A DNA stretch of 64,000 bases from Chthoniobacterales bacterium. Lineage in GTDB: Bacteria; Verrucomicrobiota; Verrucomicrobiia; Chthoniobacterales; UBA10450. Positions 36,393 through 46,259 of this stretch are shown piece by piece. The translations under genes were made by a program, and so were the position numbers. Location: the NCBI GenBank assembly GCA_035622995.1, contig DASPUI010000116.1:4057-68056 (forward strand), written 5' to 3'. Position 1 is the first letter of the stretch, and every line of letters starts with the position of its first letter. Under the pieces are notes generated by a model. That model did not search any database and was not told the origin of the DNA. It worked only from the letters and a program-made list of their open reading frames with translations.

Positions 36393-37997
36393 TTAAGTTG
36401 TTGGCGGGTGATGTTCACGGCCCGTCCGAAACAAAATCGCCACCGAAAAAGTGACGATGGTTCCGAAGCAAATCCACCAGGGAAATTCCATGACCGGCAG
36501 CCAGGCTGGCTGCGGATAAATTGATGTTCCAAATAATCCGGCAATGCTATTCGGCAAGCCGCTTAGCACCGCGACGACGATAAATCCAATAATCATCGCC
36601 AGAACATTCCCAAAATTGCTGCCGCGAGATTTGGTCAGCATCCCGGCGAGAAAGATACCGAGCACGGAACCGTAGGTGTAACCGTAGATGCCCAACACGA
36701 TCGGAATAATCCGGACGTTCGGATAAACGATTACGAGATATGCGGTGGTGGAGGCAACCAGGATCATGAGAATCGAAAAAGCCACTGTCGCCCAACGCAC
36801 GGCGCGCAGGCTTTGCTCAGCGCTCGATTGCGGATTGATGTAAGTTTCGTACCAATCCCGGGTGAAACTGGTGGCGAGTGCATTCAAAGCCGTACTGAGC
36901 GAGCCCATCGCAGTCGCGAATATTCCGGCCAGAAGCAAACCGCGAAGGCCGACTGGCATTTCGTAAAGAATGTAGTGGCAGAAAATCTCGTTCGGAGTCC
37001 TCGGCAATGCCGGATCCTGATGAGTTTGATAAAAGGCCCAAAGCAAAACGCCGATGCTCAAAAAAATGAAGGCGATCGGAATATCGGCTAGGCCGGACAT
37101 GATGAGAGAACGGCGACTGCGGCGAATGTCGGGCGCGGTCAACATGCGCTGCACCATGTCCTGATCGGTACCGTGCGTGGCCATCGTCATGAAGGTCGAA
37201 CCGATCAGTCCGGCAAAAATTGTATACTCAATTCCGAACATGCCTTTGATTCTCGCCCAGCCATGTTTCGCCGGATCTAGGCCAGAGGTGACGAAATCGG
37301 AGAAGTGAAATCCGCCGTGACGCTGTGCGATTTCGTGCCATCCGCCGGGAATCGCGAAATAAAGAAGGCCGAGCGCAATCAAAGCGCTCCCGATCATGAT
37401 CGAGGCCTGAATCACGTCCGTCCAAATGACCGCCTTGATTCCACCGAGGGTGGTATAAATCGCGGTCAGAATCACGATGACAACGATTGCGCCAATGTAG
37501 ATGAAAAGTGTTTCGGTTTGATTCGGGCGGAAACCGCGAATCATTTGATAGCCAAGCGCGAGCGCAATCGCGGCGACGTAAAGGCGTGCGCCGGAAGCGA
37601 GCAATCGGGTGAAAAGAAAGACGGCTGAGGCCGCATTCTTGGTTCCAACGCCAAAGCGGGCAGTCAGATATTCGTAGATCGAGTAAACTTTGTAGTCGTA
37701 GTACGGTTTGATGAAAATGTAGCTGACGAGAATGCGCGCGATAATCGTGCCGAGCGCGAGTTGGAGATAAGTATAATTGCGCAAGGTGAAACCTTCACCC
37801 GGCGTGCCGAGAAACGTTCCGGCGCTCGTTTCCGCCGCGATCAGTGAAGCAAGAATGGCCCACCACGCGATTTGGCGGCGGCCGAGCGCGAAATCGGCCA
37901 GATCGCGCTCTTTTCGGCCCATAAACAGGCCGATTCCGATGATAACGACGAAATAGAGAAGGAGGACTCCGCTATCGATCGCGAGTCGGGCGTTCAT
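36393..37997 (-). CDS. Sodium:solute symporter (SSS) family transporter
   Basis: A polytopic membrane protein of about 534 aa with SSS-like blocks (GRRQIAWWAILASLIAAETSAGTFLGTPGEGF, GGIKAVIWTDVIQ). The ATG at 37997 was chosen to avoid a divergent overlap. Confidence 0.85.
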   Translation of the reverse strand: MNARLAIDSGVLLLYFVVIIGIGLFMGRKERDLADFALGRRQIAWWAILASLIAAETSAGTFLGTPGEGFTLRNYTYLQLALGTIIARILVSYIFIKPYYDYKVYSIYEYLTARFGVGTKNAASAVFLFTRLLASGARLYVAAIALALGYQMIRGFRPNQTETLFIYIGAIVVIVILTAIYTTLGGIKAVIWTDVIQASIMIGSALIALGLLYFAIPGGWHEIAQRHGGFHFSDFVTSGLDPAKHGWARIKGMFGIEYTIFAGLIGSTFMTMATHGTDQDMVQRMLTAPDIRRSRRSLIMSGLADIPIAFIFLSIGVLLWAFYQTHQDPALPRTPNEIFCHYILYEMPVGLRGLLLAGIFATAMGSLSTALNALATSFTRDWYETYINPQSSAEQSLRAVRWATVAFSILMILVASTTAYLVIVYPNVRIIPIVLGIYGYTYGSVLGIFLAGMLTKSRGSNFGNVLAMIIGFIVVAVLSGLPNSIAGLFGTSIYPQPAWLPVMEFPWWICFGTIVTFSVAILFRTGREHHPPTT

Positions 37998-38044
37998 GCC
38001 GATCTTAGGTGACAGAATTTTCGGCGAGCGCAAGATTTCCCCAC

Positions 38045-39004
38045 ATGCAACTCATTGAAATTTCCGCGCCTGACTTTGATTTGGAGAAGACGCTTGATTC
38101 CGGTCAGGTATTTCACTGGGAGAGAGTCGATAACGGATTTATGGGAACAATCGGGGATTTGCCGATTTACATCGAACAACATCGAGATCTTCTGCGAGCC
38201 TGGATTGCTGACTCGAGCATTGAATGCTTGAAGCAGTCAAACTCAATGAAGCCGGCAGTGGGTGGAGCGGTTGCTCATTACTTTGCGCTGGACCATTCGC
38301 TCGAAAATATCCGCCAATCCCTCCCGCGCGATCGGGCGATGGAGGCTGCGAAAGAATTTTGCCGCGGAGTGCGAATTATCCGTCAGCCGAAATGGGAATG
38401 TCTCGCAACCTTTATCTGTTCGTCAATGAAGCAAGTCGCGCATATCCGCCAGATTTCGCTGGCCCTTCGGAAACGATTGGGTGAAAAGCGAAAGATCAGC
38501 GACCGCATTGTCTATCCATTTCCATCTCCGGAGCGGATTGGGGGAAGTTCGGAGAAAGAACTGCGAGAGTGCGCGCTCGGTTATCGGGCAAAGAATCTGC
38601 TGGCCACGGCACGGCGGATTTCAAATGGCGAGGTCGATCTGGAACGGCTGGCGATTCTCGTCGATCTCGATCTTCACGACGCGCTTTGCCAGTTACCGGG
38701 TGTGGGCGCAAAGGTTGCTAATTGTGTGATGCTTTTCGCTTACGAGCGTCTTCGAGCGTTCCCGATTGACGTTTGGATCGAGCGGGTCTTGCGCGAGAAT
38801 TACTTCCCGCGCACCCGAAAATTGAACGTGGCCCGCCTGCGGAGGTTCACACAGGAATATTTCGGCGAACATGGCGGCTATGCTCAGCAATATCTCTTTC
38901 ATTATGCGAGGAAGAATAAGGTTGCTGGAGGATTGGGCTCGAACCCTTCCAATAAATGTAGGGCGACGCCCAGGCCGTCCCTCCATGACAAAACCTCTGC
39001 TTGA
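38045..39004 (+). CDS. ogg: 8-oxoguanine DNA glycosylase / HhH-GPD family N-glycosylase-lyase
   Basis: The OGG N-terminal motif LDSGQVFHW and the HhH-GPD block LCQLPGVGAKVANCVMLFAY...AFPIDVWI are present. The ATG at 38045 is preferred. Confidence 0.8.
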   Translation: MQLIEISAPDFDLEKTLDSGQVFHWERVDNGFMGTIGDLPIYIEQHRDLLRAWIADSSIECLKQSNSMKPAVGGAVAHYFALDHSLENIRQSLPRDRAMEAAKEFCRGVRIIRQPKWECLATFICSSMKQVAHIRQISLALRKRLGEKRKISDRIVYPFPSPERIGGSSEKELRECALGYRAKNLLATARRISNGEVDLERLAILVDLDLHDALCQLPGVGAKVANCVMLFAYERLRAFPIDVWIERVLRENYFPRTRKLNVARLRRFTQEYFGEHGGYAQQYLFHYARKNKVAGGLGSNPSNKCRATPRPSLHDKTSA

Positions 39005-39027
39005 GATAATGTCCTGGTTCTAAATTA

Positions 39028-40011
39028 ATGACGACCTCGGAATTCATACTCGGTCACTCGGCCGATGATTTGGAGGACCGCAAGCAGGAAGCGCACAAGA
39101 TTATTTGGGCACTGTTGGCGGCGGTGGCGCTCCATTTGTTGATCGGTCTCGGCATCGCGCTATCGAGTGGGCTTTTCTCCTCGCCGATTCAAGTAGATGA
39201 AGACAAGCCGATTGAGCTGACGATGGTCGACCTTTCTACGCCGGCGCCGACCGTTCCGAAAAATCCAATGTTCATGGAGACGGATGAATCGAAGGCTGCG
39301 GTCGAACAGCCAAAGGACAAAACGTTTGAGTCGAACGCGAACTCGATTGGTGCGAGCGAACTTCCGGCCACCGGAGAGGAGCCATTGCCATCGCAGCAAG
39401 GGAAAGATCGGCCAACGGTCGATTTGGAAACCCATCAGTCATCATTGGCAATCGACGGAGCGCAACCGCACCCGAGCGTCGCGCCCCAGGAAAACGCAAC
39501 TCCATCGGTCGCTCCGACCCCGCAGGTGATCCCGACTTCCGAGGCGGACCAATTTGCGATGTTGACCTCAACGCCAACGCCTTCGATTCAGCCGACGGCA
39601 TCGATCGCGCCGCAGAGGCCAAAATCGATCTATCAGCCGATGAAAGAACAGACCCGGCTCTCGGGAGCAATCAGTAATCGCGGAGCTTCGCGGATCAACG
39701 CAATCGGCACGCCACTTGGTCGTTATCAAAAAACTCTCTACGATGCGATTGGCTCGCGCTGGTATTATTATGTCGAGAAAGACCGGGACTTGGTCAGTAT
39801 CGGAACGGCGCGCCTGGTATTTTCCGTTGACCGAAGCGGCCGCGTGAGGAATCTCAAGGTCGCCAATAATTCGTCGAATGAAGCCTTCGCCAATGTTTGT
39901 TTGCAATCGGTGATGGAAATTCAGCTACCGCCGATTCCCGAAGACGTGGCAGATGCGTTGCCGCCCGAGGGTTTGGATGAAGAAATGACGTTCACCATGT
40001 TTGCCAATTGA
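39028..40011 (+). CDS. TonB/TolA-like membrane-anchored protein
   Basis: 327 aa. It has an N-terminal TM helix, a long Pro/Ser/Thr/Gln-rich spacer and a TonB_C-like end (GTARLVFSVDRSGRVRNLKVANNSSNEAFANVCLQSV). It lies immediately upstream of exbB/exbD-like genes. Confidence 0.6.
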   Translation: MTTSEFILGHSADDLEDRKQEAHKIIWALLAAVALHLLIGLGIALSSGLFSSPIQVDEDKPIELTMVDLSTPAPTVPKNPMFMETDESKAAVEQPKDKTFESNANSIGASELPATGEEPLPSQQGKDRPTVDLETHQSSLAIDGAQPHPSVAPQENATPSVAPTPQVIPTSEADQFAMLTSTPTPSIQPTASIAPQRPKSIYQPMKEQTRLSGAISNRGASRINAIGTPLGRYQKTLYDAIGSRWYYYVEKDRDLVSIGTARLVFSVDRSGRVRNLKVANNSSNEAFANVCLQSVMEIQLPPIPEDVADALPPEGLDEEMTFTMFAN

Positions 40012-40016
40012 TTCTG

Positions 40017-40706
40017 ATGTCAGAAGCATTTCAATCAGTCATCGGATTTTTCGAAAAGGGCGGCGTCTTCATGTGGCCACTGCTGGCGTGTTCAATCGTC
40101 TCCCTAACAACGATCATCTTGCGCGTACTTGCATTGCGCGAAAAACACGTGATTCCACTGACGATCGTGAACGAGATGGAGCGGGTCGCACCAGGCGCTA
40201 GCCCGGAGCGATTGACGCGAATGATCCATCAGGACCCTTCATCGATTGCGCGGATTGTCCGGGTCGCGCTGGCGCATTTGCGCTGGCCGCGCTCCGAAAA
40301 CGTCGAGGCGGTGCAAACGCGCGCGCGTCACGAAATGGTGCGGCTTGAGCGCGGACTGGTCGTGCTCGAGGTGATTGTCGGAATCGCACCGTTGATCGGT
40401 TTAATCGGCACGGTCTCCGGCTTGATTCACGTGTTTGCCAGTCTCGGTTTGAGCGCTGGGGCGGCGGACGCCAAGCGGATCGCGCTTGGAATTTCAGAGG
40501 CTCTCAGCACGACGATCTTCGGCCTGGGCATCGCCGTGCCGAGCTTGATCGCGTTCGTTTATTTCTCGAAAAAGGTGGAAGTGCTTTCGATCGAAATGGA
40601 ATCACTTGTGACCGATTTGCTCTCAAAACTTTATTACGGCCGTCTTGTTTCGCCCGCCCCGCCGAAACCCGGACCGCCGCCTGTTGTTCCGGCATCGCTC
40701 GCGTGA
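40017..40706 (+). CDS. MotA/TolQ/ExbB proton-channel family protein
   Basis: FFEKGGVFMWPLLACSIVSLTTIILR, IAPLIGLIGTVSGLIHVF and ISEALSTTIFGLGIAVP blocks are present. The tracked ORF starts at TTG 40008, with an in-frame ATG at 40017. Confidence 0.85.
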   Translation: MSEAFQSVIGFFEKGGVFMWPLLACSIVSLTTIILRVLALREKHVIPLTIVNEMERVAPGASPERLTRMIHQDPSSIARIVRVALAHLRWPRSENVEAVQTRARHEMVRLERGLVVLEVIVGIAPLIGLIGTVSGLIHVFASLGLSAGAADAKRIALGISEALSTTIFGLGIAVPSLIAFVYFSKKVEVLSIEMESLVTDLLSKLYYGRLVSPAPPKPGPPPVVPASLA

Positions 40707-40728
40707 CGGAAAATCGACATTTCGCTCG

Positions 40729-41136
40729 ATGAAGTTTGCCGTTAAAAAGCGCCGCGCGCCTTCGATCATTATCGTCTCGCTGGTCGATATTCTGACGATT
40801 CTCCTGATTTTTTTCGTCGTCTCAACCACCTTCAAGCGCGATCAACCCGAAGTGCAGATCAATCTTCCCGACTCAAAGACCGCGACCAAGACTCCGGCCG
40901 AACTCGAGCACGCGATCGTGACCGTGGACGCGAATGATGAAGTGAAGCTCGACGGCCGCGCGATTGCGATCGAAGAATTGCAAGACGCGGTGAATCAACT
41001 GCCGCCGACAAAGAAATCTTCGCTTGCGTTGCAGGCGGACAAGAAAGCGTCGTTTGGCACCATCGTTAAGGTGATGGATGCATTGAAGCTTGCTGGAGTG
41101 AAAAACCTGCCGGCATTCACCAGCGAACAAAAATGA
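40729..41136 (+). CDS. Biopolymer transport protein ExbD/TolR
   Basis: The start MKFAVKKRRAPSIIIVSLVDILTILLIFFVV is followed by an ExbD periplasmic domain. The ATG at 40729 is preferred over the upstream extension. Confidence 0.85.
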   Translation: MKFAVKKRRAPSIIIVSLVDILTILLIFFVVSTTFKRDQPEVQINLPDSKTATKTPAELEHAIVTVDANDEVKLDGRAIAIEELQDAVNQLPPTKKSSLALQADKKASFGTIVKVMDALKLAGVKNLPAFTSEQK

Positions 41137-41729
41137 AATTGCCGATCGCGCAGTATGGCGACCCAATTCTGCGTGCCAAAGGCAGGCGGGTGGAGAAGAT
41201 CGACGATCGCATTCGCGAGCTGGCGGGAAACATGATCGAGACCATGCGTGAAGCGAACGGCGTCGGGCTCGCAGCCCAACAGATCGGTCAGGCGCTTCAA
41301 CTTACCGTCCTCGACGTTTCACAGGTCAAAGACCAGCCGAGCACACTGAAGGTAAATGGCCAGGAGGTTGATCCAAGAAATTCAAGCCCCCTCATTTTGA
41401 TAAACCCCGAGTTGAAAATTGGCGGCGAAACAGAAATAGGCACCGAAGGGTGTCTGAGTTTTCCGGAGATCAACGGCGAGATCGAACGGGCGAGAACCGT
41501 CGTCGCGAGCGCACAAAATGTGGAGGGCAAAACGATCGAGCTGGAGGCAGGCGGATTACTCGCACGCGCCATCCAGCATGAAGTCGATCATCTCAACGGC
41601 ATTCTGTTCATCGATCGGATGAGTTCGGCGGCCAAGACCGCGCTCTCCAGCCGGCTCAAACGTTTGCAAAAAGAAACCCAGCGGGGCGTGAAGCACCGGC
41701 GCTCGCTTGTTTCCGAGACGACGTTGTAG
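41133..41729 (+). CDS. def: Peptide deformylase
   Basis: 198 aa. GVGLAAQQIG, EGCLSFP and HEVDHLNG metal-site motifs are present. An ATGA overlap joins it to the upstream gene. Confidence 0.95.
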   Translation: MKLPIAQYGDPILRAKGRRVEKIDDRIRELAGNMIETMREANGVGLAAQQIGQALQLTVLDVSQVKDQPSTLKVNGQEVDPRNSSPLILINPELKIGGETEIGTEGCLSFPEINGEIERARTVVASAQNVEGKTIELEAGGLLARAIQHEVDHLNGILFIDRMSSAAKTALSSRLKRLQKETQRGVKHRRSLVSETTL

Positions 41730-41758
41730 AGGCCGGGTCCAACGGTGATAGACCGCAA

Positions 41759-42364
41759 TTACAGCGCTTTATAGCTGACGCTAATAACCCGCACCGGCGG
41801 ATAAGGATCGCGATCGGCGGGGACATGACCTTCTGAAGCGGAAAAGTAAAAAAGCTCAAGCATCGTTGCGCCGATCACCCACTGATAGCCGACCAGCGTC
41901 TGAATTACTTCTGGGTTAGAGTCGGTGTCGTGCTGTGGGCGGGCTACGAGTTTGCCTACGCCATATTTTGTATCGAAGAAACGGCGAATGTCGCCCATTC
42001 GGTCGTTATAACGCTCAATCGTCCAGTTCGGATATTCGTATTGCAGTTCGACGTCAGTCAGCAGGCCGCCCTTGAACGTAAAAAGAGTGCGCTTCAATCC
42101 AGGATGAATCAAGCCTTCCACCGTCCAAACCTCCCGGTTCTCCTTTTTTTCGCGCGAAACGATCTCGGCCTTCGCCCCTTTTAGAATGGCTTCTACTCGC
42201 GACGCTGGATCGCGCCAGCGAAAACCAAACGGCGGCAGTAATTCTTCGGCCCCGCGCGCGAACGACCCGGCGATCAAAACCAGGAAAAGTGAGCAAAACA
42301 GCCGGCGGGTAATCACGAAATGGAAAAAATGAATGCGCGCCGGGGTTCGGTCAATCGTGCACAT
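41759..42364 (-). CDS. Hypothetical secreted/membrane-anchored protein
   Basis: 201 aa with an N-terminal hydrophobic segment LFCSLFLVLIAGSFARG. No family was recognised. Confidence 0.5.
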   Translation of the reverse strand: MCTIDRTPARIHFFHFVITRRLFCSLFLVLIAGSFARGAEELLPPFGFRWRDPASRVEAILKGAKAEIVSREKKENREVWTVEGLIHPGLKRTLFTFKGGLLTDVELQYEYPNWTIERYNDRMGDIRRFFDTKYGVGKLVARPQHDTDSNPEVIQTLVGYQWVIGATMLELFYFSASEGHVPADRDPYPPVRVISVSYKAL

Positions 42365-42806
42365 GACCCGTTTTGAAACGGTCCTTGGGGCAATGTCGAT
42401 TTGCTTTTTTCAGTCAAGAGTTTTTTGACCCGAAAATAAAAATAAAGTTCAGATTTTTTCTTGTCGATGTTGGACGCGATTTCTAATCTCAAGCCGCTGG
42501 CACGGAGCGAACGGGGTGATGTGAATAAGATGTGAACATTTCTGAGAAACTTTGATCCCTGAGAATGATTGACGATTCAACCCTAGCAGAGAGTGATCCC
42601 GAAGAATATGTCGATCTTGTAACGCGAGAACGGCTTTTTTGCGCCAAAAACGGGATTTTTCCTTGGAATTTCGGTGTTTTGGGCCGTTTTTGGGACTTTT
42701 TTGCAAAACGAAGCGAGCTCGACCGGATAAGATCAAATTGCCGATTCGCGCCCGTTTTTCTCTTGGTAATGGCCTTTGTGGCAACTGTGTAACGCTGTTA
42801 ACAACT
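42365..42806. other. Candidate chromosomal replication origin (oriC) / dnaA promoter region
   Basis: A 442-nt non-coding gap lies directly upstream of dnaA. It has an AT-rich tract at 42421-42460 (tttttgacccgaaaataaaaataaagttcagattttttc). It has a DnaA-box-like TGTGAATAA at 42519-42527 plus weaker box-like 9-mers. A series of T4-6 tracts spans 42634-42700. Confidence 0.5.
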
Positions 42807-44162
42807 ATGGACAAAAAATGTGCTGAGCTCTGGCGGCAACTGTCCGCAGCGCTAAGACCGCAAGTCAGCGGGGACACTTTCAAGCGTTGGTTTTCCGCGC
42901 TTGAGCTGGTTGATGCGGCTGGCGACTCGCTGACCTTTCGTGTTCCGAACAATATTTACCAATATTGGATCGAGAGTAATCATATGACCGCGCTCCAAGC
43001 GGCGATTGTCACCGCATTTGGCGGTCCGCTACAGGTCAAATTTCTCTCTCCATCTGAGCCGCTGGTCCAAGCGATCGAGGAGCAAATCGACGGGCAGAAA
43101 AAACCCGAGGCGGTCCGCGCCAGCAAAATGGTCGCGACTGCGCTCGGCCTGAATCCGCGAAATACTTTTGAGTCGTTCGTGGTTGGCCCGAACAATGAGA
43201 TCGCGCACGCGGCGAGTTTGGCCGTCGCCCAGCAGCCGGCTCGAACCTACAACCCGCTCTTTATTTATGGCGGCGTCGGTCTTGGCAAAACCCATCTGAT
43301 GCAGGCGATCGGCCAATACGTGGTCTCGAAGAAGAAAAACACGAGAGTGATTTATCTTTCGAGCGAGCTTTTTATCAACGAATTCATCGATGCCATTCAG
43401 CACAGCAACCTGGTCAAATTTCGAAAGCGCTATCGACAAACCGATCTTCTGTTGATTGACGATATTCAATTTCTAAGCGGGAAAGAACGTTCACAGGAGG
43501 AATTTTTTCACACCTTCAACACCCTGTTCGACGGGCATAAGCAAATTGTTCTTTCCAGCGACCGACCTGCGTCCGAGATCGCAAATCTGGAACATCGCCT
43601 GGTTTCGCGGTTCGAATGGGGCCTGACCGCGGAACTGCAGCCTCCGGCGATGGAGACGCGACTCGCCATCCTGCGCAAAAAAGCGCGCGCGCTCGGGATC
43701 AGACTCGAAGACGGGATATTTGAATTTCTGGCGAACCGGATTCGATCCAACGTGCGCCGGCTGGAAGGTGCCTTGGTGCGAGTGGCCTCGTTCGCCTCGC
43801 TCAGCGGCAAAGAACTTACCCCCGAAGCGCTGGAGCATCTGCTGAAGGACCTTTTGCAGGAGGAGGCCCGTAACTCAATCACGATCGAACAAATTCAAAG
43901 ACGAGTGGCCGAGCACTACGATGTGCGGCTGGCGGACATGACGAGCAAACGGCGTCCGGCGAATATTGCTTTTCCACGCCAGGTCGCGATGTATCTCGCG
44001 CGCGAGCTGACCAAGGCGTCGCTCAACGAGATCGGCGATGCGTTTGGGGGACGCGATCATGGGACGGTTTTGCACGCATGCAAGCTGGTGAAAAGGCGAA
44101 TGAAAGAGCAGGACAGCGTTCGCCAAACGATTTCTTTCATCGATAGTTCGTTGCAGCGCTGA
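42807..44162 (+). CDS. dnaA: Chromosomal replication initiator protein DnaA
   Basis: The AAA+ Walker A is GGVGLGKTHL, with LLIDDIQFL, the sensor/box VII region and C-terminal domain IV (AFPRQVAMYLARELT...IGDAFGGRDHGTVLHA). The ATG at 42807 was chosen. The longest ORF adds 56 non-homologous aa. Confidence 0.95.
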   Translation: MDKKCAELWRQLSAALRPQVSGDTFKRWFSALELVDAAGDSLTFRVPNNIYQYWIESNHMTALQAAIVTAFGGPLQVKFLSPSEPLVQAIEEQIDGQKKPEAVRASKMVATALGLNPRNTFESFVVGPNNEIAHAASLAVAQQPARTYNPLFIYGGVGLGKTHLMQAIGQYVVSKKKNTRVIYLSSELFINEFIDAIQHSNLVKFRKRYRQTDLLLIDDIQFLSGKERSQEEFFHTFNTLFDGHKQIVLSSDRPASEIANLEHRLVSRFEWGLTAELQPPAMETRLAILRKKARALGIRLEDGIFEFLANRIRSNVRRLEGALVRVASFASLSGKELTPEALEHLLKDLLQEEARNSITIEQIQRRVAEHYDVRLADMTSKRRPANIAFPRQVAMYLARELTKASLNEIGDAFGGRDHGTVLHACKLVKRRMKEQDSVRQTISFIDSSLQR

Positions 44163-44253
44163 GTGATGGCGTCGAAATGACCAGCTTCGGCTCCCCCAGA
44201 TTACGGTTGCCGAACAAAATCGGAGGCTTTACATCTTAAGCGCCACCTTTCCG

Positions 44254-45351
44254 ATGAAATTCAGCGTAACGAAAGAAAAACTGCTCGAAGGTCTGCAACA
44301 GGTTCAAAATGTCGTCAGCACCCGAACCACGCTCCCGATTTTGTCGAACGTGCTTTTGCAGGCCGACGGCAACGAAGTTCACTTAACAACGACTGATCTC
44401 GACGTTGGCGTGCGCGGAAGTTTTGAGGCGCAAGTTGAGAAAGCTGGCGCGACCACGCTGCCGGCGCGTCGCCTGTTCAATATCGTCCGCGAGCTGCCTT
44501 CGAGCGATATTCAAATCGACATCGATGGAAAGAATGCTGCTTCGATTCGCAGCGGGCAAAGTTTTTTCAAGATCCTGGGATTACCTGAGGAAGAATTTCC
44601 GCCGCTTCCGAAATTCGAGGGCGCGAAAACAGTAACGATCCCGCAAAAAGCGTTGCGCGACGGCTTGCGCAAAACTTCATACGCCATCTCCACCGACGAA
44701 ACGCGCTATGTGCTCAATGGAGTGCTGTTCAGTTTCAAGGACAACAAGCTCACACTGGTTGCGACAGATGGCCGCCGGCTGGCCATGGTCGATATCGAAC
44801 TGGAATTCCCGCGCAGTCACGAAACTGATATCATTGTGCCGACCAAAGCCGTGACCGAGCTTCAGCGCCTGTTGACTGACGATGGCGATGTCAAAGTCAG
44901 CGTGGGGAGCGGCCAGATTGCGTTCGATTTGAACAAGACCTTGCTCGTTTCGAAGTTGATTGAGGGCAATTATCCCAATTATCGCCAGGTGATTCCGGCG
45001 GAGGCGAAGGACCGCGTCACGCTTGAGCGGGAAACATTTTTGAATTCGCTCCGCCGCGTTTCGCTTTTGGCCAGCGACAAATCGAATTCGATCAAGCTAA
45101 ACTTTGGCAAGAACAATATCGACATTACCGCAAATACGCCCGAAGTCGGCGAAGCCAAGGAGTCGCTGCCGGTCCAGTACAAGGGCCGGGATTTTTCCAT
45201 CGCGTTTAATCCGGAGTTTTTAATGGCACCGCTAAGGAACCTGACTGAAGACGAAGTCTTTCTCGATCTCATCGACGAGATGAGCCCGGGCGTTTTGAAA
45301 ATCCAGACTCCATTCCTTTACGTGATCATGCCGATGCGCATCAGCGCCTGA
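44254..45351 (+). CDS. dnaN: DNA polymerase III beta sliding clamp
   Basis: 365 aa. It has the typical start MKF...KE.LL..LQ.V..VVS.RTTLPILSNVLL and a three-domain length. Confidence 0.95.
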   Translation: MKFSVTKEKLLEGLQQVQNVVSTRTTLPILSNVLLQADGNEVHLTTTDLDVGVRGSFEAQVEKAGATTLPARRLFNIVRELPSSDIQIDIDGKNAASIRSGQSFFKILGLPEEEFPPLPKFEGAKTVTIPQKALRDGLRKTSYAISTDETRYVLNGVLFSFKDNKLTLVATDGRRLAMVDIELEFPRSHETDIIVPTKAVTELQRLLTDDGDVKVSVGSGQIAFDLNKTLLVSKLIEGNYPNYRQVIPAEAKDRVTLERETFLNSLRRVSLLASDKSNSIKLNFGKNNIDITANTPEVGEAKESLPVQYKGRDFSIAFNPEFLMAPLRNLTEDEVFLDLIDEMSPGVLKIQTPFLYVIMPMRISA

Positions 45352-46256
45352 TCAACTGCTTCTCGAACCGGAACGAGTTCAAGCAGATGTAAATCGTTTC
45401 CTGGCGCGCGAATGAGGCGCACATTACGGTTCAGCGGCGCCCAAATTTCGGGATCGGTCGGACCGAAAAGCAGAATGCACTCTGCTCCTGCGGCCGCGGC
45501 CAGGTGCGAGATCCCGCTGTCGTGGCCCACGAAGACGGTTTGCCTGAGAATCGCCGCGAGCTGTGGCAGCGGAAGATTTTCCGCGAAGCGAACGCGTCGA
45601 TCTCCGACTTCTTCCCTCAGTTTTGCGCTTTGCATCCGGTCTGCTTCGCCGGAAACAACGACCAACGAATTCCGCGCTAACAAATCATGCCCAAGCTTCA
45701 GCCAATTTTCGAGCGGCCAATTTTTTCGTTCGCTTCCGCTGCCGGGATGAATGGCGACAACTGGAGATGGCAGATCGGTCAGAAATTCGCTGGCAAATTG
45801 CCGGTCGCTCGCTGACGGGAAAATGCTTGCCTCAAGGTCGGTAACTTTGATCCCAAGTTGATTGAGCGGCCTGAGGAGTTGTCGCGCAGCATGCTGCGAA
45901 TTGTCGATTCTGGGCGGACCTTCAATCAGTTGCTCGACGCCGGACCGCCGCAGGTTGGCCGCGAAAATTTTGTCCGGATCGTACAAATAACTGATAATCA
46001 ATTCGAACTTCGCAAAATAATCTTTTAGATCGTCTGCCAGTTCGGAGTTCCTGGCAAAAAAGCTGGAAAGAGATCCGTATTCGATCGAACGGACGAAGTC
46101 GGCATAAAACCGCTTCTCAACCAGCGCGGCAATATGCCTGTAACCGAGAATCTCGATGTGTGCGTTCGGGTAGGCATTTCGCAACGCCTTGAGCGCAGGC
46201 AAGGTAAGAATAAAATCGCCAATCGCGCCGCCGCGGATGACGAGAATCCGGTTCAA
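45318..46256 (-). CDS. Glycosyltransferase family 9 (heptosyltransferase-like)
   Basis: 312 aa. ILVIRGGAIGDFILTLPALKALR and VGHDSGISHLAAA blocks are present. Confidence 0.85.
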   Translation of the reverse strand: MNRILVIRGGAIGDFILTLPALKALRNAYPNAHIEILGYRHIAALVEKRFYADFVRSIEYGSLSSFFARNSELADDLKDYFAKFELIISYLYDPDKIFAANLRRSGVEQLIEGPPRIDNSQHAARQLLRPLNQLGIKVTDLEASIFPSASDRQFASEFLTDLPSPVVAIHPGSGSERKNWPLENWLKLGHDLLARNSLVVVSGEADRMQSAKLREEVGDRRVRFAENLPLPQLAAILRQTVFVGHDSGISHLAAAAGAECILLFGPTDPEIWAPLNRNVRLIRAPGNDLHLLELVPVREAVDQALMRIGMIT

Positions 46257-46259
46257 TCG

